Shown one piece after another: positions 8,281 through 16,700 of a stretch of 54,200 bases of DNA. The DNA is taken from IMG/VR virus record IMGVR_UViG_3300030098_002293, positions 1-54,200 of that record. One strand, 5' to 3'. The notes beneath the pieces are model-generated. The model searched no databases. It was not told where the DNA came from and saw only the letters and a list, made by a program, of their open reading frames with translations. Numbering within the stretch: position 1 is the stretch's first letter; each line of letters opens with the position of its first letter. Both the position numbers and the translations under genes were made by a program. Source of the stretch: a virus (Duplodnaviria > Caudoviricetes).

Positions 8281-8745
8281 TTATTTATGTGCCTCATGAA
8301 TATATTTTGTTCTTCCATTCACTTTTTTGGCTATTGTTAATTTTTTTCTATTAGGACGATGCGAAACCCAACTTATGTGTAACCAATTAGGATTATTTTT
8401 ATCACCAAACTCCCATATCATTTGATCAAAATCTAAATTATCTTTTATATAATGATACATTTCCGCATTTGTTTTGTGTCCAAATGTGTCATCAATATCT
8501 ATAGCTTGACCTTTCATATGTTGAGATTTTCTACTACCACCAATAGCTGTGTTGACTGGTTCGCCTCTAAAAAAACTATTAACTTTTATAGGCCCACCAA
8601 CCCACTCTCTTAATGGTTCGAATAAGTTTTCCGCAACTTCCTCCATACACTTTAATTGCTTATCGTTTGGAGTATTATCTAAATCCCTTCTTAAAGCTGT
8701 AGCGCTATGTGTAGCTTCTTTATAGCTTATATGTTTACTTATCAT
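8281..8745 (-). CDS. peptidase M15 (Zn D-Ala-D-Ala peptidase fold), probable endolysin
   Basis: NSFFR..VN.AIGG..SQHMKGQAIDI and WLHIS zinc-ligand motifs. Confidence 0.87.
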   Translation of the reverse strand: MISKHISYKEATHSATALRRDLDNTPNDKQLKCMEEVAENLFEPLREWVGGPIKVNSFFRGEPVNTAIGGSRKSQHMKGQAIDIDDTFGHKTNAEMYHYIKDNLDFDQMIWEFGDKNNPNWLHISWVSHRPNRKKLTIAKKVNGRTKYIHEAHK

Positions 8746-8915
8746 AATTCAAATCCTAAATTACATATCATAAATCTAAATTTAGAACATTCACATTTCT
8801 TCGTATCACATAAACAAAGTTTAATTTCTAAAACTGTAAAAGTTCCTAATCTAAAAGTTAATTTGTATTTTTCTTTTTTGTTTGTGGTATTAAAACCATT
8901 TATCCAATTTATCAT
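8742..8915 (-). CDS. small Cys-containing hypothetical protein (57 aa)
   Basis: Not in the ORF track: MINWINGF...KLCLCDTKKCECSKF...LGFEL*. The stop overlaps the M15 start as ATGA. Confidence 0.6.
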   Translation of the reverse strand: MINWINGFNTTNKKEKYKLTFRLGTFTVLEIKLCLCDTKKCECSKFRFMICNLGFEL

Positions 8916-8918
8916 ATT

Positions 8919-9287
8919 CTATCTTTTTCCGCCATGATATTCTACTGCATGACCTTCTTTTATTAATAATTCATTTAAACTAACTAAAGTTAATTTTTCA
9001 CTACCATCAATCTTATCTAACATAATCTCACCTAAACATCTTCCAAACTTACCTATTCCATGAGATTTCAATGTTACGTTTTCACAGCCATCTAATAATT
9101 GTTTAACTCTATCTTTAGCGGCTAATCCTTTGGCTTTTTCTTCTAAGTCTCTAGTTCTAGATTCTGGAGCATTTATCCCCATAAACCTAATTCTTTTTTT
9201 CACTTTAATATCAAAACCTAAATCTATATCAGCATCAATAGTGTCTCCATCAACTACTTTTAATGGGGAAATTTTATAAGTATACAC
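8919..9287 (-). CDS. staphylococcal nuclease (thermonuclease)-like protein
   Basis: KVVDGDTID, RIRFMGINAPE, KFGRCLG and LNELLIKEGHA; GTG start. Confidence 0.85.
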   Translation of the reverse strand: MYTYKISPLKVVDGDTIDADIDLGFDIKVKKRIRFMGINAPESRTRDLEEKAKGLAAKDRVKQLLDGCENVTLKSHGIGKFGRCLGEIMLDKIDGSEKLTLVSLNELLIKEGHAVEYHGGKR

Positions 9288-9292
9288 GGTCT

Positions 9293-9595
9293 TTATTTAG
9301 ATTTTAAATAAAATCTAGTATCCGCCTCGTATCTTTTTGTGTCTTCTTTAACAGTGAAATATTTTCTACCGTCTTCATCAGTTTTCCACTCGGTTAAATT
9401 ACCATGATCCATGTTATCTGTAGACACTTTGTTGCCATCTACGTCATAAACAATTCCAGGTATACCTGCCGTAGCATATTCTTTTTCTTCCTTGGACACT
9501 ACATCTTCTTTGTTGCTTCCAGTGAATTGTTTAAATGCTGAAGTACCCATTATTGTCCCCATTTTATGTGGAGAACCTTTCATTTTAAATGCCAT
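9293..9595 (-). CDS. hypothetical protein (100 aa) with MAFKMKGSP N-terminus
   Basis: Tightly packed ORF in the operon. Confidence 0.65.
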   Translation of the reverse strand: MAFKMKGSPHKMGTIMGTSAFKQFTGSNKEDVVSKEEKEYATAGIPGIVYDVDGNKVSTDNMDHGNLTEWKTDEDGRKYFTVKEDTKRYEADTRFYLKSK

Positions 9596-9598
9596 AAT

Positions 9599-10714
9599 TT
9601 ATCTTATTATATAGTTAATACCAAATTTAAAATCATACCACTCTCTATTCCAATATTTATTATATTTACCTTCAGCAAATAATCCTAATTGTTTACTAAG
9701 CTTTTGTCCAAATATAATTCCACCAGAATAATCATACCATTGTCCATCAACATAATTATGATACGAAAATTCATTACCATCATTATAATGATAAGGTAGT
9801 ATATTCCCCCAAGCATGTAACCAATTGCTTTTGGTGTATTTATAATAATCAAAACCTATAACAACAGAGTGTTGTATAATTCTTTCTAATTCATTTCTTT
9901 TTTTAGTTGTATAATCTGCTAGCACTTGTGGTATAACAACCTCCTTCCAAACATCAGCGCTATTAGCAACTATGTTTCCATCAGGATCCATGTATATATC
10001 GTTGGCTACATCTACATTGTACCCTTCTTCTAAAGCTAAATACGTATAATGTAAATTACCATTTGATAACATCCATTCAGCTAAAGGATTGTATCCATAA
10101 GGCTCAGCTAATCTATGTGTTAAACCTATACTAAATGCCAAGTTTTTGTCTTTCTTATATCTATATCTTTCTGATAATTCAAAATACTCTACATCAGCAA
10201 AGCCATCTTTTAAATATTCTACTTTAGCAGCAAAATGATCTATACATAAAGGACCATCACAATTATCATCAGAACTATACCTAATAAAATGATGTTGATC
10301 TATATAGTCTATACCTTGTTGTCTTGCGTAATCTATTTCAAATAAATATTCGAAACCTTGTACCTTACCAACAGTAGCGGCGTCTGTATAATTGGATTCT
10401 GTACCATCATAAAATGTTTGCGCTTTGTTTTCATGTCCAAATCTAGCTATCTTTCTAATACCTATAGTTACAGAATAATCAAATGGAGTTTCTATAGTTG
10501 AAGTTTGTAAACCGTCAAGTATAGAAAATGTTTTAACATCTGATATAGAATTTCCACCATTCACAGCTCCATATATTGTAGAAAACTTTAATTGGTTTTT
10601 TATAATATCATCTATATTATACTCGTGCCCTTTGTAAGTAAATTGCCCACAGCATTTTTTAGGAGTGGCGCATGAAGTTATAATAACCAATAACGCTAAT
10701 AATAATTTCTTCAT
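9599..10714 (-). CDS. exported protein, putative outer-membrane beta-barrel (possible lipoprotein)
   Basis: MKKLLLALLVIITSC (lipobox-like); many aromatic amphipathic strands; terminal strand YDFKFGINYIIR. Confidence 0.62.
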   Translation of the reverse strand: MKKLLLALLVIITSCATPKKCCGQFTYKGHEYNIDDIIKNQLKFSTIYGAVNGGNSISDVKTFSILDGLQTSTIETPFDYSVTIGIRKIARFGHENKAQTFYDGTESNYTDAATVGKVQGFEYLFEIDYARQQGIDYIDQHHFIRYSSDDNCDGPLCIDHFAAKVEYLKDGFADVEYFELSERYRYKKDKNLAFSIGLTHRLAEPYGYNPLAEWMLSNGNLHYTYLALEEGYNVDVANDIYMDPDGNIVANSADVWKEVVIPQVLADYTTKKRNELERIIQHSVVIGFDYYKYTKSNWLHAWGNILPYHYNDGNEFSYHNYVDGQWYDYSGGIIFGQKLSKQLGLFAEGKYNKYWNREWYDFKFGINYIIR

Positions 10715-12933
10715 TTTGAATATTTTTTCTCTACTGTACCATCATTATATATAAACAGCAACACTTGATTACTACCAGGTTTTGCTGGTCTACCAAGTAT
10801 ATCAGTAATCATTATTAATTCTTTATCAAATCTTTTTGGCAATGGTCCTATCCAAGTTCCTTCACAATAACTATAAGTAGCTTGACAAATCGTGTCCCAT
10901 TCATTTTCACAACAATACTCATCTACTTCTATTACCCATTCGTAACAAGGGTCATTAAGCCAATAAGGATTACCCGGGCCAGTGACACAAGCAGCGCTAT
11001 ATAAGCAAGAAGCAGAGTCATTAACATTAGCCGCAATATCATAGTTGTACGCAGACTGATCCATACACCCTTCAACAACAGCCACACACGAACCATTATC
11101 AGTATTAGCTGTTGAATCATAATTAAGGGCAGTACTATCAGTACAACCGTAAATATAAGATATGCAGCTAAAATCTTCTGTGTTAGCTTGTGGGTTGTAG
11201 TTAAGCATAGAAGGATCGGTACAACCATAAATATAAGGAGTACAATTGGAAGGATTATATTCTGCATTTGCTAAAGGATTAAAATTAAACATAATAGAAT
11301 CAGTACAACCATATACAAACTCTATACAACTTCCGTCATCTGAATTAGCAAGAGAATCATAGTTAAACATAGTAGGATCCGTGCAACCGTATAAATATGC
11401 TATACATGTGTCAGGCGTATTGGCTAATGGATTGTAGTTAAAAGCTAAACTTTCCATACACCCATATATCACAGGCACACACCCACCGTTGTCTACGTTA
11501 GCTTCGAGATTATAATTAAACGCGGTTGAATCCGTGCACCCAAACACAGCTAAAGTTTGACAACTATCCTGTATATTAAAATCTGAATAAACTGCGTTAG
11601 ATGTATCGATATGATACTCTAGATACGCAGGAGACGTACATCCCGGAACGTAATAACATTGTTCCGCTGTATTTGCTAAAGAGTTGTAATTAAAAGCGGT
11701 AGAATCCATACATCCATTAACCACTTCAATACATTCGTTTCCACAATAAGTAGTTCCTGTATAAGTTTGAAATGGAACGATAAATGGAGGAGTGATACTT
11801 AACACTGTATCACCCATTGGATTGCGTAAAGTAAATCCACATTCTAAAGCTGTGTGTTGAGCTTGTGATGTTACAAAGAATTTAGCTTTAACTATCTCTG
11901 GGGCGTTTAATTGTATTGTAAAGGATTGATTTAAACTAGGTGTATTCATATAAAACACGCTAGTATCATCTCCTTGGTATATTTCTAATTTACTTCCTAC
12001 CCAGCCATTACCTACAAGATCATGTAGTATAAGAGTGTAATCGCAACTATCTATATAATCCATATAGTTAGCGGTAGAATCATAATTGAACATTGTTGAA
12101 TCAGTACATCCAATAACTTTCATAGTTACACAGCTACTGTCACTAATAGTTGCTAATGGATTGTATTCTAAATAATTCTCATCCATACATCCTGGCACTG
12201 GTGGTGGAGGAACACAGGTGTCTGATATAAAGGTATGAGTGGAATCTGTCCCAAAGTTAGCAACGGTACCATGCACTAAGGTATCTCCACATTGTATCAG
12301 GTAGTAAGACCCATCTTGTCCTCCCCACAAGCTACCAGCTAGTCCGTCTCCATAAGAATCATATATTGTAAAAGTTAGATTACCTGTGGGTAAACATACT
12401 GGTTCAAACTGTGGTTCATAATCAGGAGCGTTTGAGTAAGGTCCTCCTGCTGCTATAATAGCACCTGTTGAATCTTTTATATTCCAAGTTGTTTCACTTT
12501 GGTATTGATCTAAATTAATATTTACCATAGCTGTAACACATCCAGATGATGGTGGTGGTTGAGGCATGCATTGTGGTACAGTTCTATTATGTATTAATCC
12601 AGTTGTAAACGTAGACGTAGGGTAATCGACTATAGTATCCCCACATACAGTAACATAATACTCCCCGTTAATTATACCATCTCCATAACCATCAAATATA
12701 ACAAAAGATATATTAGTAATACTATCTGCCATATAAATAGTATCCTGATGCATAGTGTTTCCTTGGGTGTAATGCCCATAGGGAACATAAGCTATAGTAT
12801 CACCTTGATAAGCATCTTTATATAAAGTCCACTTAGTTTCCCCTGGATAACTATCTGTTTTTATATGTATAATAACTTCTTTTTGTGCAAAAGTTATTAT
12901 AGGTAGTAATAATAGTAATAATAATTTTTTCAT
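10711..12933 (-). CDS. secreted Cys-rich GC(T/M)D-repeat protein with T9SS-like C-terminal sorting tail
   Basis: Signal peptide ...ITFA|Q; two D-x-YGDG beta-domains; about 11 GCxD..AxNY repeats; C-term LIMITDILGR...LLFIYNDGTVEKK. Confidence 0.75.
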   Translation of the reverse strand: MKKLLLLLLLPIITFAQKEVIIHIKTDSYPGETKWTLYKDAYQGDTIAYVPYGHYTQGNTMHQDTIYMADSITNISFVIFDGYGDGIINGEYYVTVCGDTIVDYPTSTFTTGLIHNRTVPQCMPQPPPSSGCVTAMVNINLDQYQSETTWNIKDSTGAIIAAGGPYSNAPDYEPQFEPVCLPTGNLTFTIYDSYGDGLAGSLWGGQDGSYYLIQCGDTLVHGTVANFGTDSTHTFISDTCVPPPPVPGCMDENYLEYNPLATISDSSCVTMKVIGCTDSTMFNYDSTANYMDYIDSCDYTLILHDLVGNGWVGSKLEIYQGDDTSVFYMNTPSLNQSFTIQLNAPEIVKAKFFVTSQAQHTALECGFTLRNPMGDTVLSITPPFIVPFQTYTGTTYCGNECIEVVNGCMDSTAFNYNSLANTAEQCYYVPGCTSPAYLEYHIDTSNAVYSDFNIQDSCQTLAVFGCTDSTAFNYNLEANVDNGGCVPVIYGCMESLAFNYNPLANTPDTCIAYLYGCTDPTMFNYDSLANSDDGSCIEFVYGCTDSIMFNFNPLANAEYNPSNCTPYIYGCTDPSMLNYNPQANTEDFSCISYIYGCTDSTALNYDSTANTDNGSCVAVVEGCMDQSAYNYDIAANVNDSASCLYSAACVTGPGNPYWLNDPCYEWVIEVDEYCCENEWDTICQATYSYCEGTWIGPLPKRFDKELIMITDILGRPAKPGSNQVLLFIYNDGTVEKKYSK

Positions 12934-13062
12934 TTACTTTTTATTTTTAGGCTTTGTGTGCCCATAACCTTTTTTCTTTAATTCTAAATGTTTTTTGTGG
13001 GTATTAGCCATTATAGAGCTTTTACCTTTATACATCATATGTGGTTTAAATTTTGTTGCCAT
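12934..13062 (-). CDS. small basic protein (42 aa)
   Basis: Not in the ORF track: MATKFKPHMMYKGKSSIMANTHKKHLELKKKGYGHTKPKNKK*. It exactly fills the gap. Confidence 0.65.
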   Translation of the reverse strand: MATKFKPHMMYKGKSSIMANTHKKHLELKKKGYGHTKPKNKK

Positions 13063-13063
13063 A

Positions 13064-13426
13064 TTAAAAATCACTCATTAATTGATTATCTATTTCTTCT
13101 TGTACCTCTTCTCTTGTGGCTAACATTTTAAAACTTAAATCAGCTTGAAATCTAGCGACTTCTTCACCGTCTTTAAATATAATGATAGTAGGCACAACTG
13201 CTATTTTATATTTTTTTTGTGCTTCTGGATCTTTACCTATATCAACATAGCTCTTAGTGTTACAATCTTCTAAATCCATAAACCAATCAGCGCTATTAGC
13301 TTTATTCCATTCAGCGTTGAAATGTTTTACAGTTATTTGCCCAAAAACAGAATTAGCAAATATAGTTAAAATAATGATTAACATATACACCGTGAATATT
13401 CTCCGTTTAGCGCTAAATTTTATCAT
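13064..13426 (-). CDS. exported thioredoxin-fold protein lacking CxxC
   Basis: Hydrophobic N-term ending VFG|Q; FNAEWNKAN in place of FxAxWCxxC; YKIAVVPTIIIFKDGEEVARF cis-Pro motif. Confidence 0.72.
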   Translation of the reverse strand: MIKFSAKRRIFTVYMLIIILTIFANSVFGQITVKHFNAEWNKANSADWFMDLEDCNTKSYVDIGKDPEAQKKYKIAVVPTIIIFKDGEEVARFQADLSFKMLATREEVQEEIDNQLMSDF

Positions 13427-13746
13427 CTGTTATAAAGTTTATCTTCTATTTTTTCAATAGATTTTTTAATTTCTTCAACGTCTTGTTGAGTAGTTATAAT
13501 ACTCTGTCTAATCATTTGATCTTTCATATCAAACTCCATTCTAGTAATTTCAGCTTCAGGAATTTCTTTTAAAATCTCTTCTTTAATTATTGTAACATCT
13601 ACAGGTACAGGTTGTTCTTTAGCTTCTTGTATTTCCGCCATTAATGAATACCAACCCGCTATTAAAGTAGCAATACCAAAACCAAGAGCCACCATGGTTT
13701 TAACACTCATTTTAAATGTAGTATCTTCGTTTAATTCTTTTGCCAT
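13423..13746 (-). CDS. single-pass membrane protein with C-terminal coiled coil
   Basis: TM segment MVALGFGIATLIAGWYSL; heptad-like tail DVEEIKKSIEKIEDKLY. Confidence 0.68.
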   Translation of the reverse strand: MAKELNEDTTFKMSVKTMVALGFGIATLIAGWYSLMAEIQEAKEQPVPVDVTIIKEEILKEIPEAEITRMEFDMKDQMIRQSIITTQQDVEEIKKSIEKIEDKLYNR

Positions 13747-13790
13747 TTTTTTGTGTCTTTATATTATCTTAAAATCACTTGTTTTACAGT

Positions 13791-16700
13791 TTATTTACCT
13801 TTTTTCTTATTTTCAAGTTGTATTATTTTATTGACTCTATCTTCTTCGTATTTTAATTCTTTAATTTTTTTACTAGATAAGCCTAATTCCATTAATAAGT
13901 TTACTTGATCTTTTTTATTCATTTTAAATAAATCGATAGATCTTTTTTCTTGTTTAGAGGGAACATAATTCTTTATATTTGTTAATGAAGAGTCTATTTT
14001 ATTAGGATTTTTATTATATAATTCCATTATTTTATCTACTCTATCTTTTTCCTTAGGATAATCTTTAGGATTTAAATCATATTCTTCTAAAATTTTAACT
14101 TGTTCTCGTTTATTTAAATTAAAAACTTCTTTTGTTTTTTCTTCTATTATAATAGCCTTATCAACCTCTTCTTCTGTTTTATCAGGATATTTCTCTTTTA
14201 ATTTCTCTTGTGTATCTTTAAATTTCTTTTTTTCTTTCTCTATTTTTTTCTCTTGTTTCTTTCTTTCTTTTATATCTTCACCCAAAGCAACTATATCTGG
14301 ATCTTTAACACCTAAATCCCATAAATTCCAACCCATAAGCAATGCTACTCGTTGCCATGTTTCGTGTCTTGAGTCCATAGCGTTGCTTAGGTTGTTTAAT
14401 TTGTTTGATAATCTACCTAATGGAATATTTGTAACACCTTCAATAGTATTCCCAATAGCATTCCAAATAGGATTGTCAATAGCAAATCCTCTTTCACTTA
14501 TTATATCTCTATTAAATTTTTCTGTTTGAGTAGATTGATATATTTTACGTACTTTAGAACCAATTGGGGGTGAAAAGCTTAAAGCTTGTAATAAAGTATA
14601 AGCGTGGTCTGATCGGGTCATAAAATTATCATCTAAATCTTTAGCTCTCTGCTTGTTAAATTCCATTATAGTGTTTTTTACTGTACTAATAGCTTTACCA
14701 CCATATCCAAAAACTGATAACCAAGAGTCTACCATAGAGTTTGCCATTCTATCTGTTTTTGAATCTAACATTTTTTCCTTTTCATCATCATCATCGCTTC
14801 CAAGAACAGCAAATAAAGCAGATTGCAACGCGGTAAATATTATTCCCTGTAAGGCTCCATAATAAATTATTTTAGAAACATGTGTTTTTGCGTCTCCTCT
14901 TCCGTTTGCTAAATCTCTAAACGCTTTATTCATTATACGACCATACTGCATAGGTGTGTTTTGAAACGCTAATATTAATCTACCAAGAGGATTAGCTTGT
15001 TGTTGTGATATTAGATCTGGTCTTGCTGATTGCTGTGCAACTTCAGTTGTTTCTTGAAAATCTAACCAAGCTTTTTCTTCTGCTGCTTTTTGATCTAAAC
15101 CTTGTTTTAAATAAGTTTTAACTCTATTTCTATAAAAACTAGCTCCACCACTAGCAATAGCGAAACTATCTGCTATTTGTGTAGGTGTAAAACCTTTTTT
15201 AAGTAACCATGCTAAAGCTGCTTTTACTTTGTTATCACTACCTGCTACAGCGGCAGCTAATTCAGCTTCGTTGATATTATATTTTAAACCAGCACGTCTT
15301 TGTTTTAACATGTCTGAATTAAATATCATAACAAAATCTTTCCAATATTGTTTTTGATTAGCAAAAGCTAAACCTGCTTTTAACACATTGTTATCGCCCC
15401 AGTTTATATAATTTGTTGCAGATATAGTTTGTAAAACTGCAGAACGTATATTAAAGAACATAATTGCACCAACTGAGTTGTTTACCCAGTTCATATACAT
15501 ATTTGTTAGTCTATTGCTACCAACAGGTCTATTAGATCCAGTTTTCATACGGTACAACATATCTTCTAAAGCTTCTCTAAATTTACGTCCATATAAAACT
15601 TCAATTTTATTTAAGTTTTCTTTAGAAAATATTTGATCTACATTTTGTTGCCATTCAGCTAAGAAATTAGCTCTAGCGTCACCAATAGCACCGTCACTCA
15701 TTAAATCAGATGCTATGTTTTCTGTTAACCAATACTCTCCAGGTTTTGAATAACCTTCTGTTTTTTTAGAAACAATACCTAATGCATCTGCAAAAGTCTG
15801 TAAATCTACATCATTTGCAATATAAGAGTTTAAATTGTTTAAATCTCTTTTAGATAACCCAGGGACATCAAATCCAGCTTTATTCCATAAATAAACTCTA
15901 ATAGCTTGATCTACAGTGAAACCTGTGTCACCTGCTTTTTTATTTAACATCTTTTTTACATTAGGAAATTCTTTTAATAAACTTCTATAGTCTTCAGCTG
16001 TTTTTTGTCTCGCGGTGTTTAACTCATCATAACCTCTAGCGAAAGGATCAATTAAAGCTTTCTTTAATGTTTCAAATTGTTGTTCTCCTTTTTTACCTTT
16101 ACCTATAAAGTTATATAAAAGACCAGCAAAATCTTGTGCAGACGGTGGTACTAATCCTCTAAATTTAAATCCTTTTCCTCTTAATTTAGCTTGAGCATCT
16201 GAAAATCTTTTCTCAGATTTCATACCTGTTGTTTCTTCTAATATATCATTAAATGTATTATTTAAGTCACTACTAAGTTGTATTTTTGCTTGAACAGAAG
16301 ATCCTTTTATATCTAATTGATCCATTATGTTTTTAACAGCAGTAACATTAGGTAGTGCGTCGTCAACAAAATACATGTCGTTGTAGCCTTCAGCATATTT
16401 TTGAGCCATCCATAGCGCTTTAGCTTCTCCAGTGCTATTTCCTAAGCCTGTTATATTTTTTAAAGGCATATCTATACCCTTTGTTTTTAACCAACCTCTT
16501 ATAGCTGTTTCGCTTTCTGTTGGTCTAGCTGTTAATATGTAAGTGTTTTCTATACCAAATTTATTGATTCTATTTCTAAGTTTTTGCATTAAAGGTCCTT
16601 CAACTCCACCTCTTACATTTACAAAATCTGTAAAGTCAAATTCATACCCTTGTTCAGCTAATTCTGGTCCTTGAATTGGCCATTGTTCTGATGATATCTT

